Shown here in pieces: positions 51,001 to 56,349 of a stretch of DNA of 64,000 nucleotides (position 1 is its first letter; every line of letters starts with the position of its first letter). The position numbers and the translations under genes are program-made. Source of the DNA: Amoebophrya sp. A120 (taxonomy: Eukaryota; Protista; Dinoflagellata); assembly GCA_905178155.1 (NCBI GenBank), contig CAJINV010000018.1:378479-442478 (forward strand), given 5' to 3'. The notes beneath the pieces were generated by a model. It saw only the letters and a list, made by a program, of their open reading frames with translations, searched no databases and was not told the origin of the DNA.

Positions 51001-53393
51001 CCCGTCCTTTTTGCCGCGCCTACCGAACTTTGTTGATTAATACGAGGAGCCCCCACGGAGCCGCCTCGCTGTCCGGCGCCGGCCTTGGGCTTGGGCTTGG
51101 ATTTCGACTTCGCTTTGGGCTTCCCCAGCGACTTGCCTCGACTTTTGGCAGAGCCGGCGCTTTGCTTCGGGGCAGCTGTTCTCGAAGGCTCGTCGTCACT
51201 GTCGATGTCCGAGGAACTGTTGTATGCATCGAAAAAATATGACTATTACTTGTATGAGTTGTTGCAATCTGGCATGACATCTCCAGTACTAGACCTGGTC
51301 TCTCAAGAATAGCTGGATACGCATGACAGACTCCGTTTGTCTTTTTCAAAAAGTTCGTTTTCATGCGAAATATACTTGTACATGCACGTACGCGTAGGCG
51401 ATACTACTTTTGCAATGCATATGTCGTCGGCGGGAGACCGTTTTGGAGCAGCCGGCGGTTTTGGCGCCGCCGGAGTGGAAGTTCGACTTTCAACGCCCGG
51501 CAAGACCGTTTGCGATGTTGCAGCTGCTTCTGCCCGCAGACGCTCTTCGTTTTCCGCCTGTTCCTTGGCCTCTTGGTCCGCGCGTTCTTTGTCCGCGCGC
51601 TCTTTTGCCTCTCTGTCCGCTCGTTCCCTGGCCTCTCTTTCTGCGCGATCTTGTGCTTCCTGCGCGGCTGCGCGGTCCTTTGCCTCTTGTTCCGCGCGAG
51701 CCTTTATTTTCTCTTGCTCCGCACGGTCTCTTGCCTCTTGTTCCGCGCGGGCTTTTTGTTTTTGCTCCAAACGCCGCTGCCGTTCAACTCGCTCCTTTTC
51801 CAGTTGTTTCTCCCTCTCCTCCTGCTGCAAACGAGCTTGCCTCTCCTGCTCCTCGCGCTCTGCCAGTGCAGCGGCGTCAGCCTGTGCACTAGTAGTACCC
51901 GACGAGGACCCCGCAGCACCTGCCACTTCCGCATCACTGCTGTCATCGTCGCTGGCACTGGAGTTACCTCGCGCGCCGCGCTTCGGAACGACTTTTGCCT
52001 TCGGTTTCGCATTACCGGCGGGGGACTTCGGGCCACCAGCGGCTTTCGCCCGTACAACCGGACCCGCCTTTCGCGGAGGCTCGTCATCGGAATCGACGTC
52101 AGACGAACTCTCATCGTGATCTCGACGAGCAGCAGCAGGTGGGGGTTTAGGAGTTTGGGCACCAGCCGTTCGTGATTCTTCTTGCGGCAGAGTAGCAGGG
52201 CCACCAGCAGCAGCAACCGCCGCGGCTGACGTCGGGGATGTTGGGTCAGCATCAACACCACCTGCACTTGTAGTTCCTGAATGTTCCTGCGGTTCATGAT
52301 CTGCACTTTGTTCCTGATTTCGTTCTGGTCCTGCATCCGCTGCTGCAGAGGAACTGCTTGCAGCACCAGCCTGTCCGCTGGACGAAATAGAAGTACGAGC
52401 TGCCGCGGCCGTGGAGACCACTGCGCCACCGGTTGAGGCCGCCGCACCCCCGGCTCCCCGAGCTAGGTTGAGTCCGAAGCGTCCCAGACTGCTTGCGGTG
52501 CCCAACACAGCGCCCCCGAGGCCCCGGGCGCCCTGGACGCCAGCGGCGCCGAAACTCGCCAGGGGATTCGACGAGGATCTTGCCGGGACATTCCCCTCTT
52601 CTTCGTCGAGCTCCGCGTGCCGCGCTTCTGTCGCCTCTAAGTCGTCTTTCCATTTCGGAGGCAAATTCGCTTCGCCCCGCTCGACCTTCTCGGCACAGAG
52701 TCTCAGCATTTTGTCCAAACTTTCCCCCTTGCCCCTGTTTATCGCCATGTTGATGGCCATTTCCATGTTTGGGGGCGTCAAGCTCGGATTAGCCGAGTAA
52801 AACGACCGGATTAGAGCCGCCTTCTCCTCTACCGCGCGAGCGTTACTCATCTGTTCTAGCCGTTCCCGGGAAATACCTGTGTTCTGCGTGGCCGCCCGCT
52901 GTTCAGCCGCCGCAAGTGCGGCGCGGCGCCGGGACTCCTGGCTGTCATTGTCTCCGCTATCGGAGTATCAAATGTAAAAATGTCTGGGTCTGATGGAATC
53001 CAACTTGTCATGCTGATTTTGGATTCTAAAAAAATCTGTATTGCATGAGCAGCAAAGAGAGTCCAAATTTTGCAGCACGGAAAGGGCATTTGTCATGCGG
53101 AATAGGCATCAGAAAGCCCTCGCAAAATCTGTGATGCTAGGGCATGCATCACAGACTTGAGGAGTCATGCAAAATATGCATGACAAACCCGGCAATCTTC
53201 CAGCCCCCGACATTTTTACATTTGATACGGAGGACGAGCCGCCGGGGGAGAGGGAGGCTGCGACGAGGGTGAGCTGGCCCGTCGTAGAGTAGAGTGCAAA
53301 AAGTCCGAATCCGAAGTGTAAAATGCACTGGCTAAGCATCAGCAATACAAGTGGTCCCGCCGCGCGGCAGGGCTTCTTGTTTTTGGAAAACAT
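1..53393 (-). CDS. Giant multi-exon gene (about 100 introns), hypothetical protein with N-terminal hydrophobic leader; 3' end lies beyond the window
   Basis: ATG at 53393 (MFSKNKKPCRAAGPLVLLMLSQCILHFGFGLFALYS). Frame stays open across hand-checked junctions after removing element plus one 5-bp repeat (GSSS|DSGDND, ADD|SSSDID, RMRKT|RLKFYIWR|PLWNNW, QLLRT|TYAAV, GNWES|KWITRF). No intergenic-looking DNA between 1 and 45 kb. Not every junction was checked, the 37.3-38.1 kb gap and two presumed GT-AG introns near 45.4-45.7 and 47.0-47.3 kb are unresolved, and no domain was recognised. Confidence 0.6.
148..406. mobile_element. Introner family A (TIR core AAAATGTCTGGGTCTGGAA)
   Basis: TAT..ATA; flanks gcgat/gcgat. 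Confidence 0.9.
443..591. mobile_element. Introner family B (TIR core GCAAAAGTATCGTACTCGTA)
   Basis: flanks gcaaa/gcaaa. Confidence 0.9.
816..965. mobile_element. Introner family B, diverged
   Basis: flanks aacat/agcgt. Confidence 0.85.
966..1755 (-). CDS. Exon of giant gene
   Basis: ORF 940..1749 between two introners. Confidence 0.75.
1756..1971. mobile_element. Introner family C (TIR core AAAAAAGTGTTACAGTTACAC)
   Basis: flanks tcctg/tcctg. Confidence 0.9.
2338..2610. mobile_element. Introner family D (TIR core GTAAAAACGTCCCCA)
   Basis: flanks agtgc/cgtgc. Confidence 0.9.
2690..3011. mobile_element. Introner family E (TIR core GAAAAATCCCCCTCCCCATA)
   Basis: flanks tgcga/tgcga. Confidence 0.9.
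3167..3428. mobile_element. Introner family A
   Basis: flanks ttgga/ttgga; removal restores WES|KWI. Confidence 0.92.
3897..4170. mobile_element. Introner family A
   Basis: flanks cggca/ctgca. Confidence 0.85.
4409..4687. mobile_element. Introner family D
   Basis: flanks cgcct/cgcct. Confidence 0.9.
4742..5054. mobile_element. Introner family E
   Basis: flanks catga/cgtgg. Confidence 0.87.
5090..5238. mobile_element. Introner family B
   Basis: flanks ggtct/ggtct. Confidence 0.9.
5290..5443. mobile_element. Introner family B
   Basis: flanks ttgcc/ttgcc. Confidence 0.9.
5478..5786. mobile_element. Introner family I (TIR TATGGAnGTGTCAGGnTTGAAATCGACA)
   Basis: flanks ggatt/aaatt; related copy at 40376. 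Confidence 0.85.
5832..6088. mobile_element. Introner family G (TIR TATGACTTGCTCAAACGTTACAATCTCAAA)
   Basis: flanks ctgtt/ccgtt. Confidence 0.9.
6490..6743. mobile_element. Introner family A
   Basis: flanks caggg/caggg. Confidence 0.9.
6808..7083. mobile_element. Introner family A, diverged (left end CAT)
   Basis: TIR cores present; direct repeat decayed. Confidence 0.82.
7136..7349. mobile_element. Introner family C
   Basis: flanks tttct/tttct. Confidence 0.9.
7427..7600. mobile_element. Introner family F (TIR core AGAAAAAAGCTGGCAGGGCATATTTGTA)
   Basis: flanks tccgc/tccgc. Confidence 0.9.
7661..7872. mobile_element. Introner family A (short subfamily)
   Basis: flanks cgagc/cgagc. Confidence 0.9.
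8444..8617. mobile_element. Introner family F
   Basis: flanks gggat/gggat. Confidence 0.9.
8886..9151. mobile_element. Introner family A
   Basis: flanks agcct/cgcct. Confidence 0.9.
9197..9405. mobile_element. Introner family K (TIR TATCCAAGAAAAAAAC..GTGTAA)
   Basis: flanks tcatc/tcatc. Confidence 0.85.
9858..10109. mobile_element. Introner family A
   Basis: flanks tccgg/tccgg. Confidence 0.9.
10165..10399. mobile_element. Introner family H (TIR TATGGCGYTCTCAA..GTTACATTCTCAA)
   Basis: flanks cttca/cttca; related copy at 27781. Confidence 0.9.
10449..10619. mobile_element. Introner family F
   Basis: flanks ctttc/ctttc. Confidence 0.9.
10662..10983. mobile_element. Introner family E
   Basis: flanks cgcca/cgcca. 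Confidence 0.9.
11214..11365. mobile_element. Introner family B, reverse orientation
   Basis: flanks attca/attca. Confidence 0.9.
11418..11898. mobile_element. Introner family J (TIR core GTGCACAACTCCCCC) with nested insert
   Basis: flanks ccccc/cgccc; uninterrupted relative at 40864. Confidence 0.85.
11604..11829. repeat. Nested insert with telomere-like CCCTAAA repeats, flanked by a 23-bp duplication
   Basis: ggcaaggggtggaatgggtaagt at 11581-11603 and 11830-11852. Confidence 0.75.
12151..12462. mobile_element. Introner family D
   Basis: flanks cttca/cttca. Confidence 0.9.
12463..13558 (-). CDS. Exon of giant gene, coiled-coil rich
   Basis: ORF 12451..13428 between two introners. Confidence 0.75.
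13559..14554. mobile_element. Introner family B with nested element
   Basis: flanks cctcc/cctcc. Confidence 0.9.
13677..14522 (+). mobile_element. Nested non-autonomous Helitron-like element
   Basis: Inserted at A^T without duplication; 3' CTGG; hairpin GCTCCGGC-GGCA-GCCGGAGC at 14495-14514; internal AGAGG and GCCACCCTCTCGC tandem repeats; identical partial copy at 57960-58195. Confidence 0.7.
14624..14888. mobile_element. Introner family A
   Basis: flanks gtcgt/gtcgt. Confidence 0.9.
14933..15142. mobile_element. Introner family C
   Basis: flanks gttgt/gttgt. Confidence 0.9.
15159..15429. mobile_element. Introner family D
   Basis: flanks tggtt/tggtc. Confidence 0.88.
15618..15879. mobile_element. 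Introner family A
   Basis: flanks gggtt/gggtt; near identical to 35509. Confidence 0.92.
15925..16175. mobile_element. Introner family A
   Basis: flanks ataaa/ataaa. Confidence 0.9.
16198..16357. mobile_element. Introner family B
   Basis: flanks acttg/acttg. Confidence 0.9.
16871..17122. mobile_element. Introner family A
   Basis: flanks cagga/cagga. Confidence 0.9.
17166..17447. mobile_element. Introner family D (left end CAT)
   Basis: flanks actgg/actcg. Confidence 0.88.
17880..18201. mobile_element. Introner family E
   Basis: flanks gctgt/gctgt. Confidence 0.9.
18246..18510. mobile_element. Introner family A
   Basis: flanks ccgtg/ccgtg. Confidence 0.9.
18956..19237. mobile_element. 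Introner family D
   Basis: flanks cgggg/tgggg. Confidence 0.9.
19394..19661. mobile_element. Introner family A
   Basis: flanks atccg/atccg. Confidence 0.9.
19706..19857. mobile_element. Introner family B
   Basis: flanks ctctt/ctctt. Confidence 0.9.
20129..20390. mobile_element. Introner family A
   Basis: flanks gcggg/gcgga. Confidence 0.9.
20475..20734. mobile_element. Introner family G
   Basis: flanks gcgaa/gcgaa. Confidence 0.9.
21152..21413. mobile_element. Introner family A
   Basis: flanks agaaa/agaaa. Confidence 0.9.
21575..21821. mobile_element. Introner family A
   Basis: flanks gagag/gagag. Confidence 0.9.
22151..22303. mobile_element. Introner family B, diverged, reverse orientation
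   Basis: flanks aggga/atgga. Confidence 0.85.
22363..22645. mobile_element. Introner family D
   Basis: flanks atgcc/atacc. Confidence 0.88.
22965..23175. mobile_element. Introner family L (TIR core AAAAACACCATCACAATC)
   Basis: flanks gacgc/tacgc; single copy in window. Confidence 0.85.
23222..23501. mobile_element. Introner family A, diverged
   Basis: flanks tctcg/tctca. Confidence 0.85.
23639..23791. mobile_element. Introner family B
   Basis: flanks tgtac/tgtac. Confidence 0.9.
24092..24310. mobile_element. Introner family K
   Basis: flanks ggagt/ggagt. Confidence 0.87.
24857..25139. mobile_element. Introner family D
   Basis: flanks tcgat/tcgat. Confidence 0.9.
25196..25345. mobile_element. 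Introner family B
   Basis: flanks tcctc/tcctc. Confidence 0.9.
25389..25744. mobile_element. Introner family A with nested retroposon fragment
   Basis: flanks ttcct/ttcct. Confidence 0.9.
25434..25518 (-). mobile_element. Nested 5'-truncated retroposon-like fragment with (CCAA)n tail
   Basis: flanked by agtttg/agtttg; near-identical longer copy at 30296-30411. Confidence 0.65.
26083..26352. mobile_element. Introner family A
   Basis: flanks gcggc/gctcc; internal tandem duplication of tgaggaggcgacaattgct. Confidence 0.87.
26474..26726. mobile_element. Introner family D
   Basis: flanks ccatg/ccatg. Confidence 0.9.
26776..27097. mobile_element. Introner family E
   Basis: flanks gaggc/gaggc. 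Confidence 0.9.
27239..27503. mobile_element. Introner family A, reverse orientation
   Basis: flanks ccagc/ccagc. Confidence 0.9.
27781..28016. mobile_element. Introner family H
   Basis: flanks ccgaa/ccgaa. Confidence 0.9.
28195..28385. mobile_element. Introner family F, diverged
   Basis: flanks gacct/gacct. Confidence 0.85.
28681..28944. mobile_element. Introner family A (left end TGT)
   Basis: flanks ggtac/ggtat. Confidence 0.87.
28998..29318. mobile_element. Introner family E
   Basis: flanks ccctc/gcctc. Confidence 0.88.
29369..29615. mobile_element. Introner family A
   Basis: flanks tgaac/tgaac. Confidence 0.88.
29660..29940. mobile_element. Introner family D
   Basis: flanks ttgtg/ttgtg. 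Confidence 0.9.
30252..30654. mobile_element. Introner family A with nested retroposon fragment
   Basis: flanks ggtaa/aataa. Confidence 0.88.
30296..30411 (-). mobile_element. Nested retroposon-like fragment with (CCAA)n tail, longer copy
   Basis: shares sequence with 25434-25518 and extends about 25 nt further. Confidence 0.65.
30771..31030. mobile_element. Introner family A
   Basis: flanks tgatg/taatg. Confidence 0.87.
31067..31219. mobile_element. Introner family B, diverged
   Basis: flanks catga/catga. Confidence 0.82.
31517..31825. mobile_element. Introner family M (TIR TATGAACGCCTCAG..TGGAAATCCTCA)
   Basis: flanks tctcc/tctcc; same length and motif layout as family I. Confidence 0.87.
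31899..32225. mobile_element. Introner family E, reverse orientation
   Basis: flanks gaggt/gaggt. Confidence 0.9.
32578..32843. mobile_element. Introner family A (right end GTA)
   Basis: flanks agaca/agacc. Confidence 0.87.
33031..33315. mobile_element. Introner family D
   Basis: flanks gtgcg/gtgct. Confidence 0.88.
33369..33517. mobile_element. Introner family B
   Basis: flanks caccg/caccg. Confidence 0.9.
33632..33802. mobile_element. Introner family F
   Basis: flanks aggcg/aggcg. Confidence 0.9.
33860..34115. mobile_element. Introner family A
   Basis: flanks tgtgg/tgtgg. Confidence 0.9.
34625..34946. mobile_element. Introner family E
   Basis: flanks caaaa/caaaa. Confidence 0.9.
35231..35441. 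mobile_element. Introner family C (left end GAT)
   Basis: flanks tcttt/tcttt. Confidence 0.88.
35509..35770. mobile_element. Introner family A
   Basis: flanks actga/actga. Confidence 0.92.
36075..36336. mobile_element. Introner family A, reverse orientation
   Basis: flanks tcaag/tcaag. Confidence 0.9.
36720..36869. mobile_element. Introner family B (left end CAT)
   Basis: flanks aaaac/aaaac. Confidence 0.88.
36888..37139. mobile_element. Introner family G
   Basis: flanks aaccg/aaccg. Confidence 0.9.
37203..37323. mobile_element. Introner family A, cut by assembly gap (left end CAT)
   Basis: left TIR only. Confidence 0.8.
37324..38064. other. Assembly gap
   Basis: run of N. Confidence 1.
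38065..38236. mobile_element. Introner family D, cut by assembly gap
   Basis: right TIR only; near identical to 63565-63843. Confidence 0.82.
38555..38824. mobile_element. Introner family A
   Basis: flanks catgt/catgt. Confidence 0.9.
39129..39394. mobile_element. Introner family A
   Basis: flanks caaag/cgaag. Confidence 0.88.
39461..39722. mobile_element. Introner family A
   Basis: flanks gttgg/gttgg. Confidence 0.9.
39783..39992. mobile_element. Introner family C
   Basis: flanks tcctc/tcctc. Confidence 0.9.
40070..40321. mobile_element. Introner family A
   Basis: flanks gaatt/gaatt. Confidence 0.9.
40376..40681. mobile_element. Introner family I
   Basis: flanks tcttg/tcttg. Confidence 0.88.
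40864..41089. mobile_element. Introner family J
   Basis: flanks cggtc/cggtc. Confidence 0.88.
41145..41396. mobile_element. Introner family G
   Basis: flanks tcggc/tcggc. Confidence 0.9.
41478..41753. mobile_element. Introner family A
   Basis: flanks gatac/catac. Confidence 0.88.
41802..41972. mobile_element. Introner family F
   Basis: flanks ctgcc/ctgcc. Confidence 0.9.
42392..42720. mobile_element. Introner family A, strongly decayed
   Basis: flanks agtcg/agtcc; removal restores LLRT|TYAA. Confidence 0.82.
42721..44269 (-). CDS. Large globular-looking exon of giant gene
   Basis: ORF 42676..44217 (513 aa) bounded by introners, in frame on both sides. Confidence 0.8.
44270..44534. mobile_element. 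Introner family A, reverse orientation
   Basis: flanks gccgc/gccgc. Confidence 0.9.
44566..44895. mobile_element. Introner family E
   Basis: flanks gtctt/gtctt. Confidence 0.9.
45700..46976 (-). CDS. Exon of giant gene (boundaries approximate; probable canonical AG acceptor at 46978-46977)
   Basis: ORF 45666..46913 extends upstream to CAG|GGC. Confidence 0.65.
47685..48990. mobile_element. Atypical 1.3-kb TIR element/intron with GC-rich interior, flanked by a 24-bp duplication
   Basis: imperfect TIR of about 55 bp (AAAACGCAGTAGTG..CCCAATAGATATG..CTGTTTT); gatgcgccagcaggtcctcctgcg at 47661-47684 and 48991-49014. Confidence 0.75.
49051..49291. mobile_element. Introner family A
   Basis: flanks tcccg/tcgca. 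Confidence 0.85.
49292..51222 (-). CDS. Exon of giant gene: long disordered S/A/G/P-rich region then coiled coil
   Basis: ORF 49185..51056 extends in frame to the introner at 51223. Confidence 0.8.
51223..51421. mobile_element. Introner, B-like decayed or separate family
   Basis: TATGCAT..ATGCATA; flanks tgttg/tgtcg; removal restores ADD|SSS. Confidence 0.82.
51422..52965 (-). CDS. Exon of giant gene: Ala/Ser-rich low complexity plus E/R/K/A coiled-coil repeats
   Basis: ORF 51303..52850; AEQEA(R/K)DR repeats. Confidence 0.8.
52966..53227. mobile_element. Introner family A
   Basis: flanks cggag/cggag. Confidence 0.9.
53228..53393 (-). CDS. First coding exon of giant gene (signal-peptide-like)
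   Basis: Basic N-terminus followed by a hydrophobic stretch; AT-rich non-coding DNA upstream. Confidence 0.7.
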
Positions 53394-56349
53394 CTTGTTC
53401 ACCTCGTACAAATTGTCTAGTTGTCGAGGAATAATATTTTTAGCGTAATTATACTATTTTCTTGGAATTTCAGCTAAAATCAAAGATAGGAACCCTAAAC
53501 GTAAAAACTATGGTAACTATGAAGTGGGATTTTGTTCGTATAATATGATGTTTGTTAGTTTGTTTCTTTGTTTTCTGCGGATTACTGTACGTGGCAAACC
53601 GAGGATATGATAGCGAATATCAAATATAGTAGAGTATTCGTCTAAATTCTTGCTGCTTCAACCGCGAAGAGACAAGAATATCGTGCTAAGTATCAAGCGC
53701 ATTACGTCTCACAGCGCGGCTGTACTCATTCGTATTCTGTATCGACAGGTTGTTGTACCTGTACTTAGTAGAGAAAGTCCTAGTCCAAGTCGCTTTGTAT
53801 TCACAAGTTCTAAGAATAAAGAAAGAGTATTTTCAGTCGTGTCTATGTTGATTTTCTACTCCTGCGCAGTGGCGGTGCGTCAGGGAATGAAACGACAATA
53901 AAGTGAAGTTTTGATGATTTTCTATGTTGGAGCTCCGCTTCGTTCTAATTCCGGATTCTGCTTACACTTGTATGCCAGTATCCGAATAGAATCTAAGTAG
54001 TATAATTTTTTTCCACCGACAGCACAGCTGTTGTACAAGCGAAGTTTATAACTTATGCGTATCGACAGTGAAGAAGTGTCAAACCCAAATAAACAATTTT
54101 GTTTCCACCTTTGTAGCAGCGACAGGTAAAAATAGCGAAAATCTTATACGGTGTCGTCTTCTAGTTTCACTAGAGAGGAGCAGTCACAAATCAACAGGCG
54201 ACTGCGACAAAAATGTTGACAGGCTCGACGTCGAAATAAGTGAGTGTAGCCGAAGTCCTCGTGTGGTCCGGTCTTTTCAGGGTTCACACGACAACGCTGG
54301 TTGACGAGAAACCACCACACACCACAATAAAGAATAGACACCAGCAGAACTAGTAGCAACTACTTCCTGTCTTCCTGTCAACGGGCGGTAATGGGATTTT
54401 CTGAAGGAAGTCGAAATTTGGATTATATTTCAGGCGGTTGATGGTACAAAAGTATTATATAAGTTCTTGTGGGGTGTTCTTCGCTGTTAATTGTGTACAA
54501 CTTGTACTCAAAAAATACGTCGAAACTCGTCTATGCCGCCGAAGATTCGTAGGAGTGGTGAAAAATGTAGCTAGAAAATGTGGCGGTTTTCTTGTAGCTT
54601 TTCTGTCCGGCTACAACAACCTTGCGGCCACCAGTCGATATTGCTAGTATACTTCTACCTAGTACCGGTAAAAGAAAAGTTTATTTTTCATCAAGCTACA
54701 AACGGTACTAGAGGTCGAATAGCTAGAATGAATGTAGTACTGAAATTATGTCGTGCTCTATTTCATCTGCCTCCACTTTTTTTATTTTCGTGGCTTCACC
54801 ACGTACAAGCTCCTCTTAGTTGGAAAAAAAAATAGAAACGTAAAATAATCCCGTCGCGAAAGACAAATCGAAATTCACAGAATCAATGAATTACGACCCG
54901 GTCGCACAACAAAGATGAACCTGTAGTGAGGTAAGCAACGGCATTGTTTGGTATTGAAAATGTGTCATCTCGGATGAAGATCTAGCATCTCTTCACACAT
55001 CAACTTAGACCCCTACTACTTAGATGGGCCCGGTTAAAAAAGATCTCCTTCACACGTGGTCATAAGAGTGCATTCCCACGACCGCCTTCCTTTGTCCTCG
55101 GAAACATCTCCGAACAAAGCAAGCGGCGTGGCGGTGAGACATAGTAGATCGACTTGATGTTACTGAGCCAGTCCTAGTGCGGACGTAGTAAAATAAGGAA
55201 GATCATTATCTTCATCCAGATGGAGTTGGAGATGTGTCGTTGTGTTCTTACTTCTAGATCCAATCATGATCATACATGATCTCATCTTCCGTGAACTCTT
55301 AGTACTATCCAGTCCAACAATAGTAGCACTGCAGGTGAGGATATCACCGTTGACACGTACGATCGTAATGCTGTTGGATCCTCACAAACGAAGATCTTGA
55401 ACTTTATGACTATCTGGCTGCGTCTGCGACTGCAGTACTTACGGAAAAGATCCTCCTCTAGGTGTCTTATTGATCTTCGCTTTGCAAAGTTGAGTGTAGG
55501 ACGAGCACAACTTCTTCGAAACATAAATAAATGGCTTGCACCGAGGGCACGCTGCATCGAGTCTTCTTAGTTAACGTGGAGGATTTTTGCCTTTTTAAAG
55601 CTAAAATGGGCGGCACTGCCGCGATTCTGATGAATAAAAAGAAGCAAAAAGTAACATATTGCGTGCGCTTGTACCAGCCGCAATTTTTCATGTTCTGGAC
55701 GAGACTACCGTCGTGTTTCGCGCAAAAATGCGCATAATTGAGCAAAGCTGATAATTTACAAGCAGAGAAACCGATACTGTTTCGCGAAAAACGAAGAAAA
55801 AATGCACAATTCATCAAAATTACTGAAATACAAACCGAGAGACCGACGGCGTTTCGCGAAAAAAAGTTGACGAACGGGCAAACCGCCGCTACCGAGGTAG
55901 AATTTGACACACGTGCACACAGTAAACCGCAAATAGAGAAGGAACAGTACTTACAACCTTGGTCGCTGTGCCGACGTTTATTTTCACGACGCAAGCAGTG
56001 CTGGACAAGAACAACTTGCCTCTCAGCTTCTATTTTTCTTTTAGTTTTTCATTTCAACAAAGCTCAAACACAACTTGATGTTGTCCCAAAATTTACCTTC
56101 GACAAAATCGTTCAAGAAACATATCAAGTGTTCATTGAAACGCGAAGTCAAAATCCAAACTCTGGTAATACTCATCAAAATAATTTTCACGACGGCCATG
56201 AAATCCTCGGGGCTATCCCTGCAGGCACATGGCTAGTTTGCCGTACATTACATGCATGGCAAATATTTTCTTCAAGTCTGTGAAATTATACAGATTTTCA
56301 TCTTCATTTCTGTTATCCTTATCCCCACCTCATCCTCAAACAAGAAATC
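53394..56349. other. AT-richer intergenic/UTR region without introners
   Basis: no convincing ORF, no TIR elements. Confidence 0.7.

Noticed and set aside
55282-56283. ORFs in the intergenic block
   Set aside because: No recognisable protein features, AT-rich composition, and no introners unlike the real exons
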